The notes under the pieces were generated by a model. It was not told the DNA's origin, did no database searches, and worked only from the letters and a program-made list of their open reading frames with translations. Of a stretch of DNA of 64,000 nt, positions 18,931 through 29,165 are shown one piece after another. Source of the DNA: Alphaproteobacteria bacterium (GTDB lineage: Bacteria; Pseudomonadota; Alphaproteobacteria; Sphingomonadales; Kordiimonadaceae); the NCBI GenBank assembly GCA_021774735.1, contig JAJFIS010000041.1, positions 91,844 through 155,843 on the forward strand. Reading direction: 5' to 3'. Made by a program: the position numbers and the translations under genes. Each line of letters opens with the position of its first letter. Position 1 is the stretch's first letter.

Positions 18931-21333
18931 TTGAGGGCATTTATGAAAAAATGGGCAAAGCGAATCAGCTTAGGTATTTTGGCGCTGGTTATAGTGATCG
19001 CACTTGGCGGATATGGCCTTTTTTATGCATCCTTACCGCAAACATCAGGCACGCTTATGGTGGAAGGTGCTAAGGGCCCCATTAACATCACCCGTGACGC
19101 AAACGGCATTCCCCATATTAGCGCCGATAGCGAAAATGATCTCTATTTTGCCCTTGGCTTTGTTCATGCCCAAGACCGCCTATGGCAGATGGAAATGAAC
19201 CGCCGCTTGGGCAGTGGCCGTCTGGCTGAAGTTCTTGGCGAAGGCAATGCCTTAAACGCCGACAAATATTTCCGCACCCTTGGTTTCCATATTAAAGCTA
19301 AGCAAGCCTATGACAATATGCCAGTGGAAGGCCGCAATGCCCTGAATGATTATGCAAACGGCGTTAATGCCTATCTGGCGCAGGCCAGCATTTTACCACC
19401 TGAGTTTATTTTGACCGGCCATAGCCCCGAGCCATGGCAAGCCACCGACACGCTGGTTTGGATGAAGGTTATGTGGATGAGCCTTTCGATGAATTACCGT
19501 AAGGAAATTGGCCGTGCACAATTGATGACCAAGCTCACGCCTGAACAAGTAGCGCAAATTTACCCTCCTTACCCCGGGGATAACCCACCCACCTTGCCCA
19601 ATTTTACATCCCTATTGGCACCCGAACAGTTAAAAGCAGTCGCCAGTGGTTATGGCGCTGAAATGCCCGCAGGTTACGGTTCTAACAATTGGGTCGTCAG
19701 TGGTAAGCGCACCAAAAGCGGCATGCCAATGTTGGCCAATGATCCCCATTTGGGCCTTAGTACGCCAGCCATTTGGTACTTAGCCCATCTTCATGACCGC
19801 TCCGCAGACCGCCATATGATCGGGGTTTCCCTGCCGGGTGCCCCCGTCATAGTTCTTGGCCGTAATGACCATATTGCATGGGGTTTCACCAATACGGGGC
19901 CTGATACACAGGATCTATTCATCGAAAAACTGGTGGGGGACGATCAATATTTAACCCCCGCAGGCCCGGTTGATTTTACCACCCGAACCGAGACTATCAA
20001 TGTCAGTGGCGGTGAGCCTCTCACCATGAATGTGCGTGAAACCCGCCACGGGCCAGTCTTGTCGGACCTTGGCGGCGCATCAAAAAGCATCATTGATGCT
20101 GATCATGTTCTAGCCCTGCAATGGACCGCTTTGATGCCCGAAGACAATATCGTTATTGCTGGCATTCATATGATGAAAGCTCAAAACTTTGATGACTTTG
20201 TCAAAGCGGGGGCGGACTATGCAGGCCCTGCCCAAAATATGGTTTACGCCGACATAGACGGTAATATTGGTTACTTCTCCCCCGCGCGCATTCCAGTGCG
20301 CCGAGCTGATAATATCATCAATGGCCGCATGCCCTCTCCCGGCTGGGACGCTAAATATGACTGGCAAGGCTTTCTAAACTATAGCGATCTGCCGAAACGC
20401 TTTAACCCTGCCTCTGGCATGATTGCAACCGCCAATGAGAAAATTGTTGCTGATGACTACCCCCATTTTATTACAGGCGATTGGGGCCTGCCCTACCGTG
20501 GTAACCGTATTCGCCGCCTGTTGGAGAAAGGCACGCCCCACGATGCGGGCAGCTTTCAGGAAATGCATTCGGATACCATCTCAGATGTCGCTTCGGACTT
20601 ACTGCCTTTGATGCTAGATCTGGCAACGGATTTACCCGATGACATCCGGGCTTCACTGACCACATGGGACCGCAGCATGGATGTGACCAGCACCAATGCG
20701 ATCATCTATTCCGCATGGCACCGAGAGCTTATCCGAGCGCTTATTGCTGATGATTTGGGGGACCTTTTCCCGAGCTTCCATCGCTCAAGGCCCATTTTTG
20801 TCAAGGCAATTTTAGAAGGCAAAGAAGGCCACAGCGCTTGGTGCGATATAATTTCAACGGACGAGACCGAAACATGCATTACTGCCGTTAACAATGCCTT
20901 CAATGCCGCATGGGCTGATCTTGAAAGCCGGATGGGCAATAATGATTGGCAAAGCTGGAAATACGGCGAACTGCATACGCTGGACCAAAAGCACATGCCC
21001 TTCTCAATGGTGCCCGGCCTAAAGCATATATTCAGCATTGTTCGCCCACAACAGGGCAGCAATTACACCATCAATGTTGCAGGTAACAGCATGGGCAGCA
21101 CCACGCCCTATAGATCATCCTTTGGGCCAAGTTTCCGGGCTATTTATGACTTTGCCGACCTCAACAAAAGCAGCTTCATATTGCCAAACGGTCAGTCAGG
21201 GCACCCCATGTCGCCCCATTACAGCGATATGTGGCAAAAGTGGAATGATGTAACTGCGGTTACAATTCCCAGCACTGTGGCCGAGGGTGATGGCAGAGAC
21301 ACTTTAACACTTATGCCCGCCGCCCTTAACTGA
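18931..21333 (+). CDS. Penicillin/AHL acylase family (Ntn-hydrolase, S45) protein
   Basis: 800 aa with an N-terminal TM/signal. Motifs ALGFVHAQDRLWQME and the autoprocessing/nucleophile site GYGSNNWVVSG are present. Confidence 0.88.
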   Translation: MRAFMKKWAKRISLGILALVIVIALGGYGLFYASLPQTSGTLMVEGAKGPINITRDANGIPHISADSENDLYFALGFVHAQDRLWQMEMNRRLGSGRLAEVLGEGNALNADKYFRTLGFHIKAKQAYDNMPVEGRNALNDYANGVNAYLAQASILPPEFILTGHSPEPWQATDTLVWMKVMWMSLSMNYRKEIGRAQLMTKLTPEQVAQIYPPYPGDNPPTLPNFTSLLAPEQLKAVASGYGAEMPAGYGSNNWVVSGKRTKSGMPMLANDPHLGLSTPAIWYLAHLHDRSADRHMIGVSLPGAPVIVLGRNDHIAWGFTNTGPDTQDLFIEKLVGDDQYLTPAGPVDFTTRTETINVSGGEPLTMNVRETRHGPVLSDLGGASKSIIDADHVLALQWTALMPEDNIVIAGIHMMKAQNFDDFVKAGADYAGPAQNMVYADIDGNIGYFSPARIPVRRADNIINGRMPSPGWDAKYDWQGFLNYSDLPKRFNPASGMIATANEKIVADDYPHFITGDWGLPYRGNRIRRLLEKGTPHDAGSFQEMHSDTISDVASDLLPLMLDLATDLPDDIRASLTTWDRSMDVTSTNAIIYSAWHRELIRALIADDLGDLFPSFHRSRPIFVKAILEGKEGHSAWCDIISTDETETCITAVNNAFNAAWADLESRMGNNDWQSWKYGELHTLDQKHMPFSMVPGLKHIFSIVRPQQGSNYTINVAGNSMGSTTPYRSSFGPSFRAIYDFADLNKSSFILPNGQSGHPMSPHYSDMWQKWNDVTAVTIPSTVAEGDGRDTLTLMPAALN

Positions 21334-21418
21334 AGCTGGACCGATCGGGAAACTCTATGTTAACCTTATGCTGACATGCTCAGGCACAACAGATTAAGCT
21401 CTATCAGGCAGAAGTGAC

Positions 21419-22270
21419 GTGGCAGACGAAATAGCGCCGATAATAAAAAAGGTGAAGAAGATCAATGCGGCCGGTGCTCACGGCGGCGCTTGGAAGGTGG
21501 CTTACGCTGACTTCACCACTGCCATGATGGCTTTTTTCATGCTGTTATGGCTATTGAATGTCGCCCCGCCAGAAACACTGGAAGGCATCGCCGACTATTT
21601 CAGCCCCACTGCGGCGAGCGTACCAGGTGGCACACCAGACCCTTTGACGGATGAACAGGGGGGGCTTCAAGGTGCCACAGCCACAATCCCCGGCACAGCT
21701 AAGGATAACGAGTCTTCAGAGACAACATCCCCCGAGGAAGTGAATACACAAGCCCAGCAATTAGAAAATGCCGCCTTTGATAATTTGGAAGCCGAAATTC
21801 AAATTGCAATCCAAAAGTCTCCGGAGCTTAAAGACCTGCAGGACCAAATTCAATTTGAGGTAACCGATGAAGGCCTGAAAATTCGCCTGATCGACAAAGA
21901 CAAGCGTGCTATGTTCCGCCAAGGTACTGATGATTTATATAATTATGCTCGCAAGCTATTGACCGAAGTTGGGGTGCATATTGAAAAAATGCCCAATCGC
22001 ATTGCAGTTTACGGCCATACGGATAATCAACCCTTTCGCGGGGCCCCCGATTATTCCAATTGGGAGCTTAGTTCAGACCGTGCCAATGCCGCCCGCAGAG
22101 TGGTAAGGGCAACGGGTGTCCAAGATGGCCGCATGTTTGAAGTGGTGGGCAAAGCCTCTACAGAACCCTTATATTTAGACCAGCCAGGTCGCACAGAGAA
22201 CCGCCGCATAACCATTCTTGTTCTACGGGAAGCCCCTGTTATTCCAGCAAGTTTAGCCGCAGGCTACTAA
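21419..22270 (+). CDS. motB: MotB-like flagellar stator / OmpA-family protein
   Basis: GTG start. The TM segment with the conserved Asp (AYADFTTAMMAFFMLLWLL) and the C-terminal OmpA-like peptidoglycan-binding domain (NWELSSDRANAARR) are both present. Confidence 0.8.
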   Translation: MADEIAPIIKKVKKINAAGAHGGAWKVAYADFTTAMMAFFMLLWLLNVAPPETLEGIADYFSPTAASVPGGTPDPLTDEQGGLQGATATIPGTAKDNESSETTSPEEVNTQAQQLENAAFDNLEAEIQIAIQKSPELKDLQDQIQFEVTDEGLKIRLIDKDKRAMFRQGTDDLYNYARKLLTEVGVHIEKMPNRIAVYGHTDNQPFRGAPDYSNWELSSDRANAARRVVRATGVQDGRMFEVVGKASTEPLYLDQPGRTENRRITILVLREAPVIPASLAAGY

Positions 22271-22390
22271 CCTAAATATCCATTATAATGCAGTAAAATC
22301 ACCAAAGTGCTTCACAGATGCACCTGCGCTGGCTAATGTTCTTTTATAGCCATTCGGGATTATCTCGAGGGTGGAAATAGGAAATTTGAA

Positions 22391-24229
22391 ATGGAAGCTG
22401 CGGCACCAATGCTTCAGATGTGGCTAACTTTCGGCGTTATCTTCGCCGCTATTTTTGCCTATTCAAGCGACCGTATCCCGCTTGAAATATCCTCCATCGC
22501 CACGGTCGCAATACTGTTGTTGATGTTCCAAATATTCCCCGTTATGGACCCCAGTGGAGAAACTCTTCTTGGGCCAACCGAGATTTTGAAAGGTTTTTCC
22601 GACCCTGCATTGTTCACCGTTTTGTCTCTGCTCGTGGTTGGGCAAGGCTTGGTACAAACGGGAGCGCTGAATGCCGTGGCCCGCAAGATGGTGGTGATAG
22701 GGGAAAGTTTCCCGCGCGCCATTATTGTCGGGACGCTCATTACTGTTTTAGTAACCAGTGCTTTTTTGAACAATACGCCCGTTGTGGTTATTTTCATCCC
22801 CATATTAGTCGCTCTGGCCGATAAAATGGGCCAGCAATCATCAGCCGTGATGATGCCGCTGAGCTTTGCTGCCATCTTAGGGGGAAACCTAACCATCATT
22901 GGCTCTTCCACCAACTTGCTTGTTGCGGGGGCCTATGAACGCACAACGGGGATAGACCTGGGCTTCTTCGATTTCACCACCCCGGGCCTCGTTATCGGTG
23001 GCATTGGCATGCTCTATCTTATTTTTATTGCGCCGCGCCTGTTGGTTGATCGCAGCAGCATGTCCCGTCAACTTGCGCATGGCAGGGGTAAGCAATTTAT
23101 TTTTCAGGTTGAAGTCTCTGGGGAAAGTCGCCTTATAGACCAAACGGCTATTGCTGGTATGTTCCCAGGTCTGAAAGACGTAACCATCCGCATGATCCAA
23201 CGGGGTTCTGAAGAATTTTTACCTCCTTATGATAACATTACTCTTAGCGAAGGCGATATCGTTCTACTCGCCGCCACTCGCTCTGTGATGACCGAGCTAA
23301 TGAATGCTTCGCCGCATATGGTTTCAAGTGCTGAAGAAGAGGAAGATGATAGTAGCGGCATTAAACGGCTTGAGCGCCGGGTAATAGCCGAGGCTGTGGT
23401 TGCGCCTGCATCAAGGTTGGATGGTCGAACTCTCGCACAAACAGGTTTCCGCGCTGAAACAGGGTGTTCAGTACTTGGTATTCAACGTCGATCTCGCATG
23501 ATTAGGGCATCCATATCTTCGCTCAGGATTGAAGCGGGCGATGTATTGCTGGTTATGGGTAGTGGTAGTAATGTAACGGGCCTGCGCAATAATCGCGATG
23601 TATTATTGTTGGAATGGTCAGCAACCGATGTACCCATGACCGAACTTGCACCCAAAGCCCTAGCAGTTTTTGGTGTTATTGTTAGCTTAGCTGCTTTTCA
23701 AATCATTCCCATTGTTGTCGCCGCTATGCTCGGGGTGGTCGGCATGCTGGTTACAGGCTGCCTGAATGTCCGCCAAGCAGCACGTGCTATCGACCGTCGG
23801 GTTTTTACTATTGTTGGCGCGGCACTGGCACTGGGGGCTGCACTATCTGCTACCGGCGGCGCGTCCTTTATCGCCAGCGGCGTGGTGGACGGGCTTGAAG
23901 GTGCACCAACTGCGGTCATACTGTCTGGCTTTTTCTTGGTTATTGCTGTTTTAACAAATGTACTTTCCAATAATGCTACAGCGGTGTTGTTCACGCCCAT
24001 TGCAGTATCCATCGCGGCCAAATTAGGGGTAGATCCCATGCCTTTTATTGTTGCGGTTATTTTCGGGGCAAATTGCAGTTTCGCAACACCAATGGGGTAC
24101 CAAACAAATTTACTGGTCATGGCCCCGGGTCATTACCGATTTAAAGACTTTGTCAGAGTTGGCTCCCCGCTTATAGTTATCATATGGCTCACCTATTCAT
24201 TTTTTGCCCCATGGTACTATGGCATCTAA
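22391..24229 (+). CDS. SLC13/DASS-family permease with two central TrkA-C domains
   Basis: 612 aa. Two hydrophobic transporter halves flank a soluble insert of about 200 aa with a TrkA-C-like pattern. Confidence 0.8.
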   Translation: MEAAAPMLQMWLTFGVIFAAIFAYSSDRIPLEISSIATVAILLLMFQIFPVMDPSGETLLGPTEILKGFSDPALFTVLSLLVVGQGLVQTGALNAVARKMVVIGESFPRAIIVGTLITVLVTSAFLNNTPVVVIFIPILVALADKMGQQSSAVMMPLSFAAILGGNLTIIGSSTNLLVAGAYERTTGIDLGFFDFTTPGLVIGGIGMLYLIFIAPRLLVDRSSMSRQLAHGRGKQFIFQVEVSGESRLIDQTAIAGMFPGLKDVTIRMIQRGSEEFLPPYDNITLSEGDIVLLAATRSVMTELMNASPHMVSSAEEEEDDSSGIKRLERRVIAEAVVAPASRLDGRTLAQTGFRAETGCSVLGIQRRSRMIRASISSLRIEAGDVLLVMGSGSNVTGLRNNRDVLLLEWSATDVPMTELAPKALAVFGVIVSLAAFQIIPIVVAAMLGVVGMLVTGCLNVRQAARAIDRRVFTIVGAALALGAALSATGGASFIASGVVDGLEGAPTAVILSGFFLVIAVLTNVLSNNATAVLFTPIAVSIAAKLGVDPMPFIVAVIFGANCSFATPMGYQTNLLVMAPGHYRFKDFVRVGSPLIVIIWLTYSFFAPWYYGI

Positions 24230-24251
24230 TGAACCCTAAGACAGGAAAACA

Positions 24252-24974
24252 ATGACCGATCAAAGCGTCCAGTTTCCAAGATTTTATGTCACAGCCCCGG
24301 CTGAATGCCCCTATATTGAAGGGCTCGAAGAACGAAAGGTTTTTACCGAGTTGAAAGGGGATGACGCTTCCGCTTTAAATGAAGCCCTTGGCCGTGTTGG
24401 TTTTCGTCGTAGTCAAACCATTGTTTACCGCCCCGCATGCGAAGGCTGTGCCGCCTGCATATCGGTGCGAATTCCAGTTACTATTTTTAGCCCAAATCGC
24501 AGCATGCGAAAAATAAACAATCGCAATAAAGACTTGGTATCGGCGGTCATGCCACCCAAAGCCACTAAGGAACAATATGAGCTTCTTGCTAGCTACTTAG
24601 ATCAACGCCACCCGGGCGGGTCCATGTCAGATATGAGCATGTCAGATTACGCTGAAATGGTTGAAGAAAGCCCAGTAACAACATTGCTTATTGAATATCG
24701 CCACCGACTGAACGGCAGCTTAATGGCCGTAGCTTTAACCGATCAATTAAGCGATGGTTATTCCATGATCTACAGCTTCTTTAACATCACTGAAGACCGC
24801 CGCAGCCTTGGAACCTATATTATTCTTGATCATATTGAACGTGCTCTATGTGAAAATCGCCATTATGTCTATCTGGGATATTGGGTGAAAAATAGCTCAA
24901 AAATGGATTATAAAAACCGTTTTCGCCCCCTTGAGAGGCTGGGCTCAGAAGGTTGGTCTGTGGTAGCCGATTGA
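24252..24974 (+). CDS. bpt: Aspartate/glutamate leucyltransferase (bacterial arginyltransferase-like, Bpt)
   Basis: 240 aa with an N-terminal CPY..G motif (CPYIEGLEERKVF) and the ATE_N/ATE_C pattern including YLGYWV. Confidence 0.85.
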   Translation: MTDQSVQFPRFYVTAPAECPYIEGLEERKVFTELKGDDASALNEALGRVGFRRSQTIVYRPACEGCAACISVRIPVTIFSPNRSMRKINNRNKDLVSAVMPPKATKEQYELLASYLDQRHPGGSMSDMSMSDYAEMVEESPVTTLLIEYRHRLNGSLMAVALTDQLSDGYSMIYSFFNITEDRRSLGTYIILDHIERALCENRHYVYLGYWVKNSSKMDYKNRFRPLERLGSEGWSVVAD

Positions 24975-25040
24975 ATTTTTAGCACATCACAAAAATTTGG
25001 CCATTTGCTCTCTTGATTAAGCATCCTGCACGCCTATACT

Positions 25041-26216
25041 GTGGGCATTCTTCTATGGTATTTTTCTAAAGGAAATTCGTTGGATCAGACCGATAAAAAA
25101 GTCATCAGCCGCAGACGTATATTAAAAGGTGTTGGCACCCTTGGCACCGCAACGCTGCTGGCCGCCTGTGATAGTACAAGCAGTTCCAACGCCGCTGCAC
25201 CTGCCGTGCTCAGTAAAAAACGTGTGCTGAAAATGGTTACCACTTGGCCAAAGAACTTCCCTGGCCTTGGAACTTCCGCCGAAAAATTTGCCAAACGGGT
25301 GGAAGCCATGTCTGACGGGAAAATCACCATCCGGGTTTATGCGGCTGGCGAACTTGTTAGTGCCCTTGGTGCCTTCGACGCGGTATCACAGGGCAAAGCC
25401 GACATGTATCACGGCGCGGAATATTATTGGCAAGGCAAGTCCCCCGCTTTCAACTTTTTTGCGGCGGTCCCCATGGGAATGACCGCACAAGAAATGAATG
25501 CTTGGATCCGTGTTTCAGGCGGTCAGCAATTATGGGATGATTTGTCATCAGACTTTAACATCAAACCTTTTCTGTGTGGCAATTCCGGCCCGCAAATGGG
25601 TGGCTGGTACAAAAAAACCATCAATAGCGCTGATGACTTTAAGGGTCTGCGCATCCGCATGCCGGGTCTCGGCGGTGAAGTGATGAAACGCCTGGGGGCT
25701 ACACCCGTGACCAAAGCTGGGGGTGAAATTTTCCAAGCCTTAAGTCAAGGTAATATCGATGCCACCGAATGGGTGGGACCTTGGAATGATTTGGCTTTTG
25801 GTTTCCACACCATTGTTAAAAATTATTATTACCCTGGCATCCATGAGCCCGGAACCACCTTGTCATTGGGTTTAAACAAAGAGCTTTGGGAGGATATGAG
25901 CGCAAGCGAGCAAGCTATTATTGCCAGCGCATCGGCAGCACAGCATGACGAAACATCCGCTGAATTTAATGCCAACAACGCCCATGCGCTCAATACACTG
26001 ATCAATGAACATGGTGTGAAGCTTATGAAGTTCAGTGATGATATCCTACACGGAATGGGAACGATATCGAAAGATGTATTGCACGAGACTGCGGCCAAGG
26101 ACCCCTTCACTGCCAAAGTATTTGAAAGCTTTAGCGCCAGCCGCAAAGGCAGCATCCGGTGGGGTGAAATCGGCGAGGAAGCCTTCACCGCTGCCCGCCG
26201 CATGACCACACTCTAA
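25041..26216 (+). CDS. dctP: TRAP transporter substrate-binding protein (DctP-type, Tat signal)
   Basis: Twin-arginine signal SRRRILKGVGTLGTATLLAAC and DctP-family body. The likelier start is TTG 25080, preceded by AAAGGA. Confidence 0.85.
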   Translation: MGILLWYFSKGNSLDQTDKKVISRRRILKGVGTLGTATLLAACDSTSSSNAAAPAVLSKKRVLKMVTTWPKNFPGLGTSAEKFAKRVEAMSDGKITIRVYAAGELVSALGAFDAVSQGKADMYHGAEYYWQGKSPAFNFFAAVPMGMTAQEMNAWIRVSGGQQLWDDLSSDFNIKPFLCGNSGPQMGGWYKKTINSADDFKGLRIRMPGLGGEVMKRLGATPVTKAGGEIFQALSQGNIDATEWVGPWNDLAFGFHTIVKNYYYPGIHEPGTTLSLGLNKELWEDMSASEQAIIASASAAQHDETSAEFNANNAHALNTLINEHGVKLMKFSDDILHGMGTISKDVLHETAAKDPFTAKVFESFSASRKGSIRWGEIGEEAFTAARRMTTL

Positions 26217-26232
26217 GCCCCACAGTATAGCC

Positions 26233-26739
26233 ATGTTAGACAGAACAGCCCAATTCCTAGAAATGCTCAATGAGCGTTTTGGGCAGTTTTTGGCACTTAC
26301 GCCGCTCGCGCTTATTCTGGTTCAATTCGGCTTAGTGCTTAGCATTCATGTGTTTGCAATTGGGTCGATCAAAGCACAGGAATCGCTGCAATATATCAAT
26401 GCGCTGATGTTCCTCGGTGGTGTTGGATATACCGCCCTGCACCAAGAACATGTTCGCGTCGATCTTTTTTACAGCCGCATGAAAGCTCGAAATAAAGACC
26501 TTGTGGATTTGCTTGGCACCCTGTTTTTCATTGTGCCTATTCTTTTTCTTTTATGGATTACGGCCACCCCTTATGCCCTTGCGAGCTGGGCTAACTTTGA
26601 AGGGTCCACCGAGACCGCTGGACTGCAGTTGGTTTATTTGTTGAAAAGCACCATTTTGCTCTTCACACTCTCATTGACCATTTTTGCCGTAGGCCAAATT
26701 ATCCGGCTCTCCGTGCGGCTTGCTGGTAAGAAGGGTTAA
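26233..26739 (+). CDS. dctQ: TRAP transporter small permease subunit
   Basis: 168 aa, 4 TM, located between the DctP and DctM genes. Confidence 0.85.
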   Translation: MLDRTAQFLEMLNERFGQFLALTPLALILVQFGLVLSIHVFAIGSIKAQESLQYINALMFLGGVGYTALHQEHVRVDLFYSRMKARNKDLVDLLGTLFFIVPILFLLWITATPYALASWANFEGSTETAGLQLVYLLKSTILLFTLSLTIFAVGQIIRLSVRLAGKKG

Positions 26740-26744
26740 CGGGT

Positions 26745-28328
26745 ATGGATATTCACGCAGTTCTGACCTTATTGATGTTCATTACCCTTTTTGCATTTCT
26801 AATGACCGGCTTTCCTGTTGCCTTCACGCTTGCGGGTACCGGCTTGCTTTTTGGCCTGATTGGTATGGCGAACGGCATGTTAGACAGCAGCTTTTTAGAA
26901 TTGTTCCCCAATCGCATCTATGAGAATATTATTCGCAATGAGTTAATTTTTGCCGTGCCGCTTTTTGTCGCCATGGGGGTGATGCTGGAAAAATCCAAAG
27001 TGGCGGAAGACCTATTAGAGAGCATGGCGCGGTTGTTTGGCAATATGCGCGGCGGCTTGGGCATATCTGTGACACTTGTTGGCGCTTTGCTGGCTGCCTC
27101 CACTGGCATTGTCGGGGCAACAGTAGTGACAATGGGGCTGCTTAGCCTGCCAACCATGCTCAAGCGTGGTTATAACCCGCGCCTGGCCACCGGCATCATT
27201 GCTTCTTCTGGCACGCTCGGGCAAATAATTCCGCCCTCAATTGTGCTGATATTGCTGGCGGATGTTCTGTCTAACGCTTGGCAACAAGCGCAATTGGACA
27301 TGGGCAATTTCTCCCCTAATCCCATGAGTGCAGGCGAGCTGTTTGCCGGTGCGCTCATCCCGGGCTTGATTTTGGTTGGCCTCTATATAATTTACCAACT
27401 TGGCATGGCAATATTCCGGCCCGAAACCTGCCCTGTTGTCACGTTGGATGAAAAATTAGACGCCCTTGATAGTGGTTTCTACCAGCGGCTTTTTCAGGCT
27501 CTGTTGCCGCCCCTGTTTTTAATCGTCGCGGTTTTAGGCTCTATTCTAACCGGTATTGCCACGCCCACGGAGGCTGCCTCTGTTGGGGCTGTTGGGGCTA
27601 TATTGCTTGGAAGTGCGCGCCTTGAACGCGGTAGCGCTATTCTTGCTTGGGTAGCTCTTGGCTCTATCGCCGCTCTTCTGCTTATCGCTGGTAATTTTGA
27701 TCTCCGCATCACCCGCGCCGACAGCACCACAGCCGACCATATAGCTTTTTACGCAGCCCTTGCACTGACCGTTATTCTCGCAGCTTGCTTGATCTTCATT
27801 CTGCGCCAATTAGACAAGCGGGGCACTATGCGCGCGGTTATGCAGTCTACGGTGCGTATATCCAGCATGATTTATGCTATCCTGATTGGTGCCGCACTTT
27901 TTGCCCTCGTCTTTCGCGGGCTTGGCGGCGATATTATTATTGAAAATCTGTTGCAGGGCCTGCCCGGTGGTTTCTGGGGTGCCATGCTTGCTGTTATGTT
28001 GGTGATGTTTGTGCTTGGTTTCTTCCTCGACTTTATCGAAATCACCTTTGTTGTTGTACCCATCGTTGCCCCGGCCATGTTGGCGATGGAAGGCAGCATC
28101 GGCCCCATTTGGCTAGGCATTATGATGGCAATGAACCTGCAAACCAGTTTCTTAACCCCGCCCTTTGGTTTTGCACTCTTTTACCTGCGTGGGGTGGCGC
28201 CAACCAGCATTAAAACCACTGATATTTATAAAGGCGTGATACCCTTTGTGATTATCCAAATTTTGGCTTTGTTATTGCTAGTATTATTTCCAGAATTGGT
28301 AACTTGGCTGCCGGAAAGATTATTTTAA
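26745..28328 (+). CDS. dctM: TRAP transporter large permease subunit
   Basis: 527 aa polytopic membrane protein with DctM-family pattern. Confidence 0.9.
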   Translation: MDIHAVLTLLMFITLFAFLMTGFPVAFTLAGTGLLFGLIGMANGMLDSSFLELFPNRIYENIIRNELIFAVPLFVAMGVMLEKSKVAEDLLESMARLFGNMRGGLGISVTLVGALLAASTGIVGATVVTMGLLSLPTMLKRGYNPRLATGIIASSGTLGQIIPPSIVLILLADVLSNAWQQAQLDMGNFSPNPMSAGELFAGALIPGLILVGLYIIYQLGMAIFRPETCPVVTLDEKLDALDSGFYQRLFQALLPPLFLIVAVLGSILTGIATPTEAASVGAVGAILLGSARLERGSAILAWVALGSIAALLLIAGNFDLRITRADSTTADHIAFYAALALTVILAACLIFILRQLDKRGTMRAVMQSTVRISSMIYAILIGAALFALVFRGLGGDIIIENLLQGLPGGFWGAMLAVMLVMFVLGFFLDFIEITFVVVPIVAPAMLAMEGSIGPIWLGIMMAMNLQTSFLTPPFGFALFYLRGVAPTSIKTTDIYKGVIPFVIIQILALLLLVLFPELVTWLPERLF

Positions 28329-28332
28329 CCTT

Positions 28333-29133
28333 CTACGCCAAGGCCATATATGCCCCTGCCCCAATCAAAGCAAGGCCCGTCAGCCGGTCGAGGGCTTTCC
28401 CAAAGGGCAACAGTTTTTCCAACAATACATATAAGCTTAGTATGAGTATCCACAGTAAATTCATCACACCACCCACAAACAACAACAGCATCAATGCCCA
28501 ACAACAGCCAACACAATAAAGTCCGTGATGCAGCCCCATCATCAGCGCGCCATTTGGGCCATTGCGCCAATATCGGGCCAGAAAAGACCCCGGCATTCGA
28601 CAATGATTAAGGCATGTATTTTTCAGCGAAGACAATTGGAAAAGCCCTGCCATTATCAGCAAACAACCACCAAATACGGTACTTTTGCTCACCATCATAA
28701 GGGACAGTAATGCCCATGATTCAAGCCCATATTGCAATATGGTTGCCAGCAAGCTAAAGCCGGTCCAAATAAGCAGATAGCCTGCCATAAAACTATATAG
28801 GTTCTTATATACTGGGGTTAAATCAGCTTTTTGCCGTGCCACACGCCCATAGAGCAATATCATGGGGGCAGCAGATGGCAGCATCATACCGACCATCATG
28901 ATCGCCCACATCAGGAACATGGTGGTAAAGTAAGTTATGTCCCAGCCGATGAACACTGGCTGCATGGCATTGGTTGTAGGCATTGCCGCCATGTCGGACA
29001 TAGAAGACGCTGACGATAACAGGTAAGCCCATGACAAAAGCACGAGCGTGAAAATGGAGGCCATGGTCACATAGCGGTCCCTAGCCAACAGCTTATCCAA
29101 TGCTGTCACTTTTTCAGCGCTTCTATCCACCAA
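28333..29133 (-). CDS. DUF2182-family predicted metal-binding integral membrane protein
   Basis: 266 aa, multi-TM. It pairs with a DUF1326 gene, which is the usual partner arrangement. Confidence 0.65.
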   Translation of the reverse strand: MVDRSAEKVTALDKLLARDRYVTMASIFTLVLLSWAYLLSSASSMSDMAAMPTTNAMQPVFIGWDITYFTTMFLMWAIMMVGMMLPSAAPMILLYGRVARQKADLTPVYKNLYSFMAGYLLIWTGFSLLATILQYGLESWALLSLMMVSKSTVFGGCLLIMAGLFQLSSLKNTCLNHCRMPGSFLARYWRNGPNGALMMGLHHGLYCVGCCWALMLLLFVGGVMNLLWILILSLYVLLEKLLPFGKALDRLTGLALIGAGAYMALA

Positions 29134-29165
29134 AGGGGCTTTCCTATATCAGCAGGTTACTAAGC

